Origin: Octopus sinensis
Taxonomy: Eukaryota
Assembly (NCBI RefSeq): GCF_006345805.1
Contig: NC_042998.1
Location: 74,896,001-74,960,000 of the forward strand
Direction of reading: 5' to 3'
DNA: 64,000 nt
Shown: positions 49,401 to 63,877 of the stretch, piece after piece
How the letters are laid out: each line of letters opens with the position of its first letter
How positions within the stretch are numbered: position 1 is the first letter of the stretch
Translations under genes and position numbers: made by a program
The notes under the pieces: generated by a model
Told to the model about the DNA's origin: nothing
The model's database searches: none
The model's input: only the letters and a program-made list of their open reading frames with translations

Positions 49401-49698
49401 CCCATTATGTGCAACAGAAGCAGTATTAGATTAATAGTAGCAATCTGTGTATCATGCTTAAAGTGAATACCCAACGAAGTAGAAATACGCATCTAGCATT
49501 CTTACCACGTTACTGAACTAATTTTGTCTGCTGTTGATATATTTGTATTTTCAACAATAGTACACCCATAAGATATTTTCTCCTGAGAAATGCTGCAATG
49601 TAGACATTACGCGATGTATTTGCAATAAGTATGATTCAAGCACACACAGACACACACACGCATAAACACACACATACATATACATATACATACACACA

Positions 49699-49740
<42 letters not shown>

Positions 49741-49761
49741 ACACACACACAAGCACACACA

Positions 49762-50974
49762 TATTGGTTCATCCCAAAAATAATGCAGTTTTTTAATACT
49801 TTTATTTTTCAAAATCTAAAATATATTCTTCATTTTTTTACAATGCTCTTCAAAATTCTCTTGTTCCGCATGAAAAATTACCTTCCAGTACTGTTCTGAC
49901 CTCGTCTACAGAATTCATATTTTTTCCGTCTAAATGATTTTGAATACTGCAGAATAAATGATAATGAAATGGGGCAATGTCTGACGAATATGGTGGGTGG
50001 GGCATCTTTTCCCATTCAAACTGATCCAGCCTTTGGAATGTCATTCTGGCTGTACGTGGACGAGCATTATCCCGATAGAAGAACACCTTTCGACTTGAAT
50101 CATAAATGGTCATTTTTTTTCTAGCGCTGATTTAAGCCACTCAAGCTGCTTCCAATAGATCTCCTTTGTTATCGTTTGCTTTAGGCTTAAAAGTTCAAAC
50201 TGGAATAAACCTTTCATATCCCACCAAACAAAAAACAACGCTTTACGTGGGTGAAGGACCTTCTTTAGCCTCGGGTGCTGGTTTTCCTCCTTTCCTTACC
50301 CACCGTTTCAGCGCTTGACATTTTTATAGAGAACCCATTATCCGTCACCAGTCACTATTCGGTTGAGAAAAGGTTAATTCGTGAGACATGACAGCAAAGA
50401 AGAGCACATATTCACTCTCTGCGCGCGATTAGCCTCGGAAAATTTGTGAGGAATCTATTGAGCCAATTGTTGACTTTTCCGATGACACGCAGGTATCTAT
50501 GAATGGTTGAATGATCAAATCCAAGCTTCTCTCTTAGTTCCTCGAACAGTTACGATGGGATTTTCTCTCACCATGTTTTGGAGGACGTCCTTGTCGAACT
50601 CTATAAATCTTGCAGGATGAGCCTCGTCTTCTAGGTTGTAGTTTCCGGCTCTGAATTTATGGAACCACCATTGACACTGGATGACGTTTATTGTCCGATC
50701 CCCATATACTGCATTGATATTCCTCTCACGTTCCGTTACGTTGTTGCCTTTATCAAACTCATGAAAGAAAATATGCCGAATATGCTCCTTTGCCACTTGA
50801 AAATATAACTATTAAAATAGAACTTCACTCTTCAACACTTGCACTAGGAATAAGTACAAGGTAACATTACTAACTGGTTTTATAGCAAATTGATAGAAAT
50901 AGTTTATCCCGTTTCCATCCGACTTTTAGGTCATGCAATTGAAAAAACCGCATTATTTATGGTATGACACAATA
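49762..50974 (-). mobile_element. Near full-length decayed mariner transposon inserted in a CA/TACA microsatellite
   Basis: TIRs TA|TTGGTTCATCCCAAAAATAATGCAGTTTTTT and AAAAAACCGCATTATTTATGGTATGACACAA|TA. Transposase pieces MAKEHIRHIFFHEF..WFHKFRAGNYNLED and DNARPRTA..HPPYSSDIAPFHYHLF. Confidence 0.95.
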
Positions 50975-51125
<151 letters not shown>

Positions 51126-51582
51126 TCAGACGGACCGAGGGACAGCTAATTGATAAATAAAATATTCATAAAGTGTAAAGAGGAATAGCAATAAGTCAAT
51201 AAATTAAAACTTCCATAAAATATGAAGGTATTGAAAGAGAAACTCCATGCTCAAAAGCATACGTTCCCTAGAATATGTTAGTAAATGGTTTCTTCTGTGA
51301 TGGAGGCTGTAATACTTTCAAAATATTGGTGTACATAGTTAACCAAGATCAGTTCGGTTTAATTGTAGCTCGCAAAATAATATTATCGTCTTTCTGACCT
51401 ACGTTGGAATAATGACAGAGTAAAAATTGTTTTTTTTAATTACAGTAATGTCATTTTCTTTATTATTGCAACACCTAACACTACTATTAGAAAGATTTAA
51501 CACATTGTAATCTCTTACAGAAGAACAAAGTAAGGATAAATTGCATTCAGCTGAATAAATTTCAGTATGTTACAAGTACTTA

Positions 51583-51792
51583 AGACGGCGAGCTGGCAGA
51601 ATCGTTTGCACGACGGGGAAAATGCTTAGCAGCGTTTCGTCCGTCTTTAGGTTCTGAGTTCATATTCCGCCGAGATCAACTTTACCTTTCGTCCTCTCGG
51701 AGTCGATAAAAAGTGTACCAGTTGCGTACTGGGGCCGTTACACTCGACTTACCCCCTCCCCAACATGCTGGCCTTGTGCCAAAAATTGAAAC
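51583..51792 (+). mobile_element. SINE family B (B2 tail)
   Basis: Full head, body and tail. Confidence 0.9.
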
Positions 51793-52904
51793 CTATATGA
51801 TACAGGTGCTTAATTTAACGAATGAAATAAACTGTATTTTAATTGAACCATAAAAAAGAAAATCTACCATTGTAACAGGTGAGAATTGAACTTCGAACAA
51901 CTCTAGATAATACAACACATTTACAGTAACATTTAAGTTATGGTATTTTTAATTGTGCAATAAACACAATATTGAGCCAAAGGCATATTGTAATTGTGTA
52001 ACAAACACAATATTATTCACACTTAGCGAATATTCCTAATGCTTAAGGGAAAAAGTGTAATGTATAGTGAACCGCATTAAAATATTTTATATTGTAGGAA
52101 AACAAACATAAATGGGAAAAAATCTGTGCAGGATCAATGAAAGAGAATTGTTTGCATCTTTGGATGAATCTAAAAGCGAAAGGCATTTTTAGTTGTGTAA
52201 GAGTATTAAATGTGCGGTAGCTAATGTATTTGAAATGAACGAAACGATTTTATAACGGACCGATCATTCAATAAAACTGGAATGTAGAATAGACAAGTTT
52301 TTAATTCATTGAATAAGGAAATATCATTTTTTTCATGGCAGAAAGCTTAGTGAATGTCGGTTTTATAAACTATGGTTTTTCTATGCATATTTGGAACTTA
52401 ATCTGGAGACATCTCATAAATAGTCTTTGCTTTTAGTTGATTCACACGCATTTGTATTTTAATTCAGCTTCTAAAAAGTTATCACTAAATGCATTATAGG
52501 ATGCAAAGTTAAGTAACATTTCCAATGATATATACGCACCTGCCCGAGGGCAATGATCCTTCTTACATTGCATCGTTTAAATCTTAAAGTACCTCCCTGA
52601 GAACACATTTTTACGCTATTCTCCCAAAATATCTGACAGCATATCGATTACTGTATTTATAACTTTCCTTAAAAATCAAGTCAGTAACCACTACCATCAT
52701 GCTGTGAAAAATACAACTCTGAATGGTTTCGCGCGTGTTTTGTAATTTTTATCGAACGGTCTTTACAATAAAACCGTAAAAAATAATTGCTTCTGCCTCC
52801 TGTAACTCATGCAGCGGTTTCCCATTTAGACACTTATAACTACATAACTACTATCTGCTTCTCAGCTCTGTTGACAGAGTTCCCAACATATATGATATAT
52901 TATA

Positions 52905-52950
<46 letters not shown>

Positions 52951-53042
52951 TATATATATTTATTTATTTATTTATATATATACACATATATATATATATA
53001 TATTCTCACTGTGTCACAATTTGTGACTATATATATATACAT

Positions 53043-53077
<35 letters not shown>

Positions 53078-53104
53078 TAGTAGTTTTTAAATAAGTATAT
53101 ATAT

Positions 53105-53310
53105 AAACAGGGACAATTGACGAAGGGGAATATTCTTATTGTTGCATGTCTTGTTTCTCTGCTTTTTTTCCCTTGTTCAAAAAAAATGTTCGTTTTCTGT
53201 TTTTGTTTTCTTGTTTTCGTTTCTCAGTGTGTTCAACGTTTTTTGATGTCCTGTACCAATATATACATATATGTGTAGGTATGTACATATATGTATGTAT
53301 ATATGCATAT
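53105..53310 (-). repeat. Interspersed repeat family D, diverged third copy
   Basis: Aligns to 33520-33730 (GAAGGGGAAT..., TTTTCGTTTCTCA.TGTGTTC.ACGTT, GTCCTGTACC). Confidence 0.75.
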
Positions 53311-53589
53311 ATTTATATATTGTTTATATTATTATAGTTATATATATATATATACATACACATACACATATTTACACATACACGCATACAAACAAACAAA
53401 TATTGATGCGTATGTATATCTTTATTTTGCAGCGAAGAATACATTGTCAAATTTTCTACCATTTCGCACTGTACTCAAGTATTAACGTTATGGGTTTTAC
53501 ATTAGATGTTTGTTCAATGTAAAAACACATATACATTTACGTATAGATGTGTTTGCATGTATATGTTAGTGTGTATGTATACATACTCA

Positions 53590-53695
53590 CACATACATAC
53601 ATACATACATACATACATACATACATACATACATACATACATACATACATACATACATACATACATACATACATACATACATACATACACACATA
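53590..53695. repeat. (TACA)n microsatellite
   Basis: Direct reading. Confidence 0.95.
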
Positions 53696-55230
53696 CTTCC
53701 AGCGTGATTATAGAACAGAAGCTGGTGCGATGTTTGTTAATTACGACTGAACGTGGCTTTATTTCCTTTCGATATGTAGTTGGTATTGGTGTCTTGCATG
53801 TACTGATGATTTCTTGTGACGGCTTTGGACAGTGAAGTCAAAATGCAAAAAAGTTAATATGTAATTAAAAATGTAAGAAAATATATAGGGAAAATAGTGA
53901 TCTGATTTAAGCGGTATGTTGGATTGAACTTCGTGACTTTTCTTGCATTTGTGCCTCTTAGGCCTAGTGGGGAATGGTTTCTGTGCAGCTAAACCCTTAC
54001 TAATCTTGTTTATTTCTAGAACATTATTGTAACATATAGTAGATATGCTGTAAAGCAATTTATCCGTGGAAAGATGAGTGATGCGCTATTGTTATACTTA
54101 ATGAGAAATCCTACACATTTGAGGTGAGTTGGTCATGGACACATCGAGCACTCATCTAAGAAATTCACTATTTTCAGGTAAGTACTACGAATTTTTAGCT
54201 TTAATTGTGGGAATATTCAAATGAACTACATTTCAATGCGCACTATTTCATATCTGTTTTTATTATGGACTCTTTGGGATGTGCAGCCACACAAGATCTG
54301 CTATTTCCATACCTGTGTGAATTACCTGTATAGACATGAAAGAAACTTTCGCTACCCGCCTTCATCCATTATGAGTCGGAAACTACCAGCGATTTAACGG
54401 TACGTTTTATTCTCTCTGTGTTGAACTATAGCGGACTTTAGTTTTGTAATATACAGCTGTTAAATCATTTATAGTTAATGTTGCACATGCACAGGCATAC
54501 TAAACTTAATACAAACTTCCCACTATAATTTGTATAAGGTGTGCATGCTAGCATTTACCTGTCGCAAGTCAGCAAAAACGCGTGGACTTGTGTGAGCATA
54601 TTTATACCAGTTCACAAATAGGCAGTTTGAGTACGAGTAGTTATGAGGTTGAAAATATATAAAATATGCATTACGGCCAACAAAAGTTTCGAATTCTTAT
54701 CCATAGAAGGTCTTAAAGTGTCAGCCTCTGTAAGCTGTCGCCCTTTATTGAATTTTATTCCGTACTAATATCTTGCCTCAAGATATCTGTGACCTTGTCA
54801 ACGATGTCGAGCACTGTGAAGATACAGCTGAAAATAGCTGCAGTTTTGTGAATATTTCATACTAACTTTGACTGAAAACAGTATGAGACCAAGCATTAGT
54901 ATGGATTTCATTTCACCATTGTGGCTCAGATTAAATATGTTAATATATTTTGCCAATAGGAATTCTATATGAAAATCAGAATAAATAAGGGTGTTGAGAG
55001 TAAAACAGATAAATATTTTCCCTCTTTATCAAATTCACAATAATTTAGTGAATGTAAAACAGATTGGTTAAACTCCACTGGAAGCGAGTCTGTGACCTAG
55101 GTTCAATTCACAGCCATGACATCATTCCACCCACTTATTTTCTTGAAATAAGTTCCGAAATTTCTTGGATTACATGTGCACCATATTGTACCAAAATAAG
55201 CAATCTCCGTATATTATTATATTAAAGATA

Positions 55231-55401
55231 AAGGCGGCGATCTAGCAGAATCGCAGGCACGCTGGACGAAATGCTTAGCGGTATTTCGCCGGTCGCTACG
55301 TTCTGAGTTCAAGTTCCACCAAGGTCGACTTTGCCTTTCATCATTTCGGGGACGATAAATTAAGTACCAAATTTCAGGCCTTATGCCTATAGTAGAAAGG
55401 A
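55231..55401 (+). mobile_element. SINE family B, internally deleted
   Basis: Head and body, then a jump to the tail AAATTTCAGGCCTTATGCCTATAGTAGAAAGG. Confidence 0.85.
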
Positions 55402-55514
55402 TCCTTACTTTAAAGATAAGAAGGCATCAAAATGTGTATTATTACGCAAAGTAACATTCCAATGCCTATAGGAAGATTTGTATTAATAATAATAATACTG
55501 ACGTTGATGTTTTT

Positions 55515-55640
55515 TTTTTAGTTTTGGCAGGGGAGGAATATACTTGATTAAATTAAATACTATACATTAATAGACTTGATATAGTAGCCGGTAGTATTTG
55601 AACTCAGAGCATAAAGGCCATTAGTAGACACTGAACTGCA
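55515..55640 (-). mobile_element. Very degenerate SINE family B
   Basis: TTTGAACTCAGAGCATAAAG B-box region only. Confidence 0.4.
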
Positions 55641-56321
55641 TTTATTCCGGTATGAAGTTATTTCTGCTACACTGTTGTATTCATAAATAACAGTAACAAT
55701 AACATAAATAATATTTATAGACTGGGACACTATGTTGCATTCCTTACATAAGTACAAAGTAATCGAAATAATAAAGTAAATAGCCTAGATTTTGTGACTG
55801 CGTAAAACATGCTTTTCAAAACATGTACACAGCAGTTTTGTATGAGAGCAAGAGCGAGAGAGAGGCAGAGAGACAGAGATAGAGTATCAAGGGAGATTGG
55901 TGAAGAATGGAGGTGTGGTTTGTAAGAAGGAGAAGTGTCTGAACTGTGTGTGTGTACGTGTGTGTGGCGGGGTATATCAGAGACTCAGAAAGAGAAAGAG
56001 AGAGAGAGAGAGAAGAAGAAGAGTTGGGGAAAAAGGGTGAAATACATGCTGGTTCACAAAATAAAAACACTTGCAAATGTGAATAGTTAATGGTTAAGAA
56101 TTGAAGTAAAGGATGTTTTTATACTCTATTATTTAAAAGCAGTCGGTTTGTAAGTCATATATGAATAGAGTTAACAAGTTGTCTGAAAGGAACTGATTGC
56201 AGATATACAGAAATAGATTTAGGCAGAAATACACTCTCTGTCACATATCACTCATACTTGTATACATGTAACCAAAAACTCACACAGTTCTGTCTCCTCT
56301 CTTTCTGTAGATGCATTTACA

Positions 56322-56356
<35 letters not shown>

Positions 56357-56673
56357 TATATATATAGATATAGATAGATAGATAGATAGATAGATATGCA
56401 CATTAGCAGTAAACTCGCAATGAGCTGACTGTGTCCTTGGTTTCAATTCCCGTTTATGTTTACTTAACATTCATTAAGTTGCATGAGTTAATACGACGAG
56501 TGGCACATTTTCCTACTATTTGTCATCACTAAATAACAGCAGCACCCTCTAAATGAAACTTTGTACAGCACGATATTAAAATACGTTTTTCATTCACTAC
56601 ACATACTTTTTGTATTATCCCTAACATTCAAGTTAGAGTGAAACCTGTGTTTATTCAACTAGCACTAATTGCT

Positions 56674-56892
56674 GTGAGCTGGCAGAAACGTTAGCGCACC
56701 GGGCGAAATGCTTAGCAGTATTTCGTCTGTCGCTACGTTCTGAGTTCAAATTCCGCCGAGGTCGACTTTGCCTTTCATCCTTTCGGGGTCGATTAAATAA
56801 GTACCAGTTACGCACTGGGGACGATATAATCGACTTAATCCCTTTGTTTGTCTTCTCTATGTTTAGCCCCTTGTGAGCAATAAAGAAATAAG
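56674..56892 (+). mobile_element. SINE family B monomer with B1 tail, young-looking
   Basis: A box TGGCAGAAACG, B box GAGTTCAAATTCC, tail TTTAGCCCCTTGTGAGCAATAAAGAAATA. Confidence 0.95.
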
Positions 56893-57432
56893 AGTAATCC
56901 TAACCTATATCCCCCATTAAGCACCATCCAAATGTAAATACTAGGTGGACCACTTTATTATTTAAAATATATGTATAATTTCTCATTGTATTAAAACTGA
57001 TGTAATGTTTCATATATTCGTTTGATTTCTGTTCGCTCACCCATACATACTTGTTTGTTCCTTGTTAAAACTTAAGTCCCTATTTTATTAATGTGTGGTG
57101 TTCAATCGAACAATAAATGATTCCGTTGTCTGCGAAACAATTTTTCCTTCTTGAAATGAATTCAATTTTTACCTCGTAGTAACCTCGTAGTTATACCGAG
57201 AGAGTTTCACACTCTCTTCTAGAAACAGTCACGTAATGACACAAGGAGAGGCATGAATAGGCTGTTTTTTAATTTGCCATCTCCTGCATACATACATACT
57301 GGTACATTCCTAAGCTTATGAAAGCATTTGTTTCGGGTGACTATGAGAACGTTTATATTCTAAACTTTGTAAGAAATTCTACTAGGTTCCCAATTATTGT
57401 TCAGAGAAATTTATGATAATTCTATTTTTCAG

Positions 57433-57557
57433 ATAGAAAGCCCGAATGCTTGTGCGACCGAGTAAACCCGGCTAAAGATTACCAAAGACATAATGATGGT
57501 TTTAATCTTGACTACTTGTCATTGGCCAAAATGGAAGAAAGATTTGCATTTTTTTAA
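57433..57557 (+). other. Candidate orphan terminal exon (xRKPECLCDRVNPAKDYQRHNDGFNLDYLSLAKMEERFAFF*)
   Basis: Strong acceptor TTCTATTTTTCAG and an open frame with protein-like composition. No homology recognised. Confidence 0.25.
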
Positions 57558-59968
57558 TCATATAGCTAAAATTATCCCGATAAATTACAATGTCCACAAC
57601 CCACATATTATCACACACGTGGTGCTTCTCGAAATTTTGTTTATTTCTTTTAAGTGTTCTACATCATATTCTTAATTCTATTTAGATATAAGTGATTTGT
57701 TACAGCTGAATTAATTTATAAGGAACTACTTATTGTCATTTCACTGATTGATTAATCAATATATAAATACCGTTACTTCAGAGTAAATCGTACCAATTCG
57801 TAATCAATAATTACTCAACCATTTTATTTGCAGTTAGTTGATAGATGAACACCGAACTTCTAGCGTATAGCGCTGAAGTTATTTGATATATCCCAGCATA
57901 CTAACTAATCTAAACAACCTTTTTTTGTAACATTTTTATTACAGCTATTTTCTCATGGCCGTGTGTATGCCTAAGGTAGAAACATAATGTAGTGTTAATA
58001 ATGTGCTTTTATTCCGGTATAGAAATATTGGAATACAGTTTGACTCAAATAAAAAAGATCACAACATCCTGCCTTTAGAATTATATCGGTGCTAGAAGAC
58101 TGCTATTGAAGCACTTTGGAAGCCATTACACAATACAATGGAGCATAATTATAATTTCCTTTTAAATATGTTTTGCCTTTATAATGTCTACTATTATTGT
58201 AAACCTCCTTCTACTGATGGAAACGAAAAACAACAAAACAATTCTAGTCATGCAATTAAGTATCGATTTAAACACTTTCAAATGAGTGCTGGCACCCTTA
58301 TTGATCAATAATGTAGGCAAAACAAAACTATTAACCAGTGAAATAAGCTAGCAAAATTCAGATGTTATATATACCAAATCATATCGATCGTGAATAATTT
58401 GGTTTGTACAATTTCAATCAATAATTTGTTTTTCTTTACTTATTCATAAACTTTGGAGTTTGTGGATCATACCCTACTTTATAACTTTCTGTTATGTATT
58501 TTCACAGATAACACATTTTATTTATATACATAAATATAACAGAACTCATATATCGAAATATTCAGAATTTAATTTGTGTGTTCAACTATTCTACAGCTGT
58601 CGCAAAATTCTCTTCTCATAAAATGTATGAGAATTATGATATGCTAAAATTTTCATAATGGTCTCCTTTCAACAAGGTATTCAAATCTAACTTTAGCAAC
58701 AGTATTTTTAGAACATGGGGGCTTTCCAGAGTTATAATATTTGTCTGTTTCGAATAAATATTGAACTGGATATAATTAAAAAGTACTCCAGAAATACTGA
58801 CTATGATTTGATCATGTAACCATGGAAGTAGTGCCATATATCGATAAGTATTAATGGCAACAACAATTCGAAATGTCAGACAGAAACGAGGGAGAGACAA
58901 TAAGTATAAGGAAGTTAAGATATACAAAAGAGACATCCCTGTGCGACGTATGCTAAACTTATCTTTATCCTGCACCTGGTATTAGAATATTGGCGCGAAA
59001 CAATATTTGAGACAGATACTGACAGGAATATTAGAAATTTCATATAAACCGAATTTCATGAGATTCAAAACGGGTCCATCAGTATGATAGCTTACGTTCT
59101 ATAATGAAATAAAAGAATTCTCGTGGTGTTATCAATCCCGTCTCATATACATTTCTCTCAGAAACCTGATGATTGTTTTTATTATAGCAATGTGCGATTA
59201 GCGAGGTTCCGTAATCTGTGGGAACATGGATGTATGGGTAAAAAGGTCTGGGATCGATTCCATTGCTAAGAAGTTTAGGAAAATACTTTCTGCCATTGTC
59301 TCAGGTCGAGAAAAGCTTCGTAAGTGAAAGTATGGGGACAAATTGTGTAGAGGTTTGTCGTATACATCCTGCTGGAACCGAATCGATATGACATTTCGTT
59401 CATTATACTTTTAATGAAATACATACCAAATGAACTGGGCCGATGCAGTCAACTCAAGTATTCGAAGGAGATGCTTAAGCATTACTGCAGTTTAGGGACT
59501 GAAACTAGTAAAGGATCATAATTTAACATATTTGCATATCAGTCAAATATTATCATATTTTTTTTTAAATTCTCAAATGTATATAGTTACAGAAAGACAA
59601 TTATGAACGAACGAAATTTTATTAGAATCTAGAGTAACTCTCAGTTTAGTTTTCTAAGTTTACGATGAAATATTTTTTAAATTTTACCTGAAAAGTGAAA
59701 AAGTGAATTCTTTGTTTTGGTTGTTCCATGGTCTACTTACAAGAAACTGCAATAATTACACTTAGATCTATGATCAAACGAACCAATTAATATATTAAGT
59801 GAGATAAACTGATTTCATCATATAATTTCATATAAGAGAACCTAAACAAAATCATTATATTCACTAAAAATTTAAACGATATTTCCTAATGCTACATACA
59901 CTTCGTCTTATATGTCTCTAATGAGTACAATTAAATGTTTCTTTCCATCATTGATATTTATATAACGT

Positions 59969-60175
59969 AGACGGTGAACTGGCTAAATTGCTATCAGTTC
60001 GAGAACAATTCACGGCGACATTTCATCCGTCTTTATGTTCTGAGTTCAAATTCCGCCGAGGTTTACTTTGCCTTTCGTCCTTTGGAGTCGATAAAGTAAG
60101 TACCAGTTGAGTATTGAGGTCAATGTAATTGACTTCCCCACCCCTACAAAATTACTAGCCTTGAGCCAAAAAGTT
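59969..60175 (+). mobile_element. SINE family B (B2 tail)
   Basis: B box GAGTTCAAATTCC, body and tail present. Confidence 0.85.
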
Positions 60176-60399
60176 GTTTTAATAATCGTGTAAAATCATT
60201 TTAAAAGTTATATGAAATTAAACATTTTTCTCAAAATATAACAAATCTTGAATGGCACAACAATGCAGAGTGGACTATAATAACTGTTATAATTTAATTT
60301 TCCGTAGTGTGATATAAAAATAATTCGGAATATAAAAATTCTTTCTTCAGATATCGCTAGTTTCGTTCTCTTTTTATATAATACAGGAGCATGTTATCA

Positions 60400-62260
60400 A
60401 AAATGAACAGATGTAGCTAAATAATATATTGATTGCCAACCTCCAGCCTGTTGTTAATTTGGGGACACTATTCTGTTTATGAGGATAGCTTCCTTAATTC
60501 TTGTTTTATCCAAATTTATTTCATTGGCCTCAATTGTGACTGTTATGCTTTTGTCGGTGTTTCGGCATCTGTCTAGATGTTTTCTGAAGGAGGAGGCTCT
60601 CGTGTTCAGATGTTCTTTGATGAGAATATTTAACGGTCATGTTGTGCTACCCACGTAGAACTTGTTGCATTGTATTCTATACACATCATTTACCCGTAGC
60701 CATAAATCTGTGTCACGGATGGGCAGTTAACCTGTGTGCATTGATTGCTGTTCCTTGCTCGTTTCTTTGCTAGCTGTCTTCTCAGAGACGGGCCAGAGTG
60801 AGCTAGTGTATGTCTAATTCTTCTCTTCTTATGGCTCTTCGGATGGCTGCTAAAATGGAGTATTTTAAGGAAGCATGTGTTGCTGGGTTTTCTGTGTGTT
60901 CGGTGAGTTTGTCGTCTTGGGTACTTAAGATAATCTACTATGGATATAGAGTACCTGTTGGTTTCCAATATCTATAGGAAACCTGTGATATGGGTCACCT
61001 TGTGCTCTGCCCTGCTACATTTGCTCTGGATGCGTGCAAGTTCATTTCTGGCGTATCCTATTTTGGCACCTAGTGGAAAGGCTGAATTGTACTGAACAAA
61101 CATATCTACTGGATGCTTTCCTGCAGAACACGGTGCGGATCTCTCCTGTTATTTTCAGTTGGAAGTCGAGTAGCGATTGTGATCCAGTGTTGTCGGGATG
61201 TTGTGAACCGTATATTCATGTTGTTGAACGTCGCGAATATTCTGTCTGCCTCTTCACGGGAGGATGTGAGTATGAGGATGTCATCTATGGACCCGGTGAA
61301 GAAGGCGCATGAGCGGTAGATGTTGAATGCTCGATGTTCCAGATGGCTCATATAAGTGATGGCTAGTAGGTCCGAGAGACTGGATCCCATGGGGAGACCT
61401 GTTGTCTGTTTGTATATGTGATCTTGGAAAGAGAATTAGGTGTTGTCAACGATTATGGTTAATAGTTGATGCATATCAGCTGCGGCGAGTCAGAAGCAGT
61501 GGATGTAGGACCCTACTATGTAGTCAGTTAATGGGCTCACCGCCGAGTGTGCTGGTATCGTTGTGTATATTGAGATAACTTAAAAACTAAAGGCATAACT
61601 GTTTTGTCTGAGGTGATCTAGGGGGTGGGCAGTGGCGCAATCTTTTGATGACTTTGTCGTTCTTGACGTGTCCAGGAAAGGTGAAGAGTATGGGTTTCAG
61701 GATGTGGAAATGGAGCCAGGATATTTTATATAGAGGTCCTTCCACTCTGGAGACGATGCGTCTAATCTAGATAGTGTTGATATCCTTGTGTGTTTTAATG
61801 AAGTGATAGAACCAGGGTAATCTATTTCTTGTATTTGCTATGTAGTTGCCTCCGTTATCAAATGTCAGTCTTTGCAATGTTAATTCGATCCTCAATCCTG
61901 GTCGCAGTTGTATCTGTTACTTCAGAATATAGTCTATCATTGCTTAAATGTTCTAGTACCAGTCTTAAATGTTCTAGTACCATAATTTTCAAAAGAAATC
62001 ACGCAGATTTCTTACCCTTTCTCTGATGGAAAGTAGATAAGGTTTTTCTTTTCTAGTTTTGTCAATGTCTTATACTGTACTTTGGTTAAGTTTGGTATTA
62101 TTTTTGATTCCTTCATTAAGATGTTGGAGATAGACTGTTTCAGTCTGGATAGTTTGTAGTTGAGTTCTCTGTTGGTTGGGAGTGGATGGAGTGGGTATCT
62201 AGTTGCTACGTGTGTTGTTGTTCTTCTTTATTACTATATTGGAATTTCTCATAATACATA
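60400..62260 (-). mobile_element. Second decayed Penelope-like retroelement (RT then GIY-YIG), a different family from 11570-13080
   Basis: FDNGGNYI (ADKG-like), FQDHIYKQTTGLPMGSSLSDLLA, SIDDILIL, RKPSNT..LHFSSHP, VYRIQCNKFYVGSTT, RIKEAILI. Confidence 0.9.
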
Positions 62261-63384
62261 TTCTGATAACAAAATATGTTTTCTTATTTCATATCCTTTA
62301 TTTTTCAAAATATAATTTTCTTGCTGTCTATGTAAATAGTTTTCTATAACGAAAGCTTGTTTCATTACAGTCGAGAAAAAGATTAAAAGAATTTCGCTAT
62401 GTTTGATGAAATTTATAACTCGTCATCACTAACGAATTTCAATCATTAGCAAGGTATGTATATTTACTATTTCGTAAATGTAGATGTTTTGGATTTGTTG
62501 TTTTTTTTTCATATCGACAGAAACTTAGTTTTTGATTTCTTGTCACAATATTGTAAAGATTCGAATTCTTTGCTGAGAGGATTAAAACCACAAAGACATT
62601 CAGCATAATAGTAATATTTATTATTACTGAAATTTATTACGTTTCAACAAAATAGGTATTCAACAAAATACCTATACATTCTGATGACAGAAAATAGTTT
62701 GCGTGTTTTTAATATTTTAATTCCTTAAATTTCCAACTAAGATTTTGAGTTATTTTCTTATCGTGATTCTCTTTGTTGTTACCGCACAAATCACATGTTT
62801 GAAATTTGATGAAATATAATATTTGATTAATGTTCAATGAAGCTCATATATAAGGGAAAGTTTCACGCGAGTAAAGAAGAATTTTTTCAGGTGTGCTTAT
62901 GTTAATCTAGTTTTGGAAGAAATTTAATTTAAACTCCTACCTATGTTTTTTAAAGAGATTACATTCTTTTTAAAAATGTATCTGTAAGATTACTATTAGA
63001 ATTTAATCCGATTCCTTTACAAACGAACGCCTGTGACTAAAACTACTTCGTTACTGGTTTCTAAAATAATAAAACGCAATTTTTTTGAAAATGGAATTCG
63101 CATACAAGTTTTGAAGGAGTATTAAACTTCTGTTGTGATATAATTGTGTTAGTGACACAGCGCCAGGTTAAACGAACAGCAAGCACTGATGTCAGTAGAC
63201 AAAAGAAACTTCTCTATCTTTTAACTAGACAATTGTTTGTAATAAACCAACAATTTAGCTATTTAGCTATTTCGTAAACGGTAAACCATGATATTAGTTA
63301 TCTTCTGAAGTGAGACAGATTATTTCAAGAGGACTTGGCTCTATATTTCCACTGTGTTAATGTTCAAAATAATGGACAGTGATA

Positions 63385-63450
63385 CATATATATATATATA
63401 TATATATAGCTAGCTAGCTAGCTAGCTGCCTAGATAGATAGATAGATACT

Positions 63451-63497
<47 letters not shown>

Positions 63498-63560
63498 GTA
63501 GATATATACATAGATACATGTGTGTTTGTATGTATTCGTGTATGTATGCATGCATGTATG
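63385..63560. repeat. Compound (TA)/(GCTA)/(GATA)/(GACA) microsatellite
   Basis: Direct reading. Confidence 0.9.
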
Positions 63561-63877
63561 TATATTACGTGTTACAGTACCAAATTTGTTTTGTTTTGAA
63601 TCGTTTCAACTGAGGAAGGTATTACGTAAAGGATGTATTTTATATGTTATGCAGACCTAAAACATACGTATTAAAGATTTCAAAATATCCGTATTTGGTC
63701 TGACTTCATTATTACAACTTGTGGCGTGGTATCTGTATATATACGTATATGTAATTTTTGGACTAGCACGGCTAGGGCCACCTCACGTCATCTGCAGTTG
63801 GGGTATATTTCCATTGGATCTACTTCAAAAATTCCTCAGTGATAGTTGAGATAATAATCCATTAAGGAAACAGAAGA

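Noticed and set aside
58634-58975. Hydrophobic ORF with VVAINTYRYMALLP, reminiscent of GPCR TM3
   Set aside because: No D/E-RY, wrong spacing to the proline, and no other transmembrane motifs. AT-rich ORFs are hydrophobic by default.
60321-60352. Minus-strand CTGAAGA...GAA near the end of the second Penelope
   Set aside because: The closing pair and GAAAC are missing. Too degenerate to call.
61943-61982. 21-bp tandem duplication (similar short duplications near 6085, 23605 and 57170)
   Set aside because: Ordinary slippage duplications.
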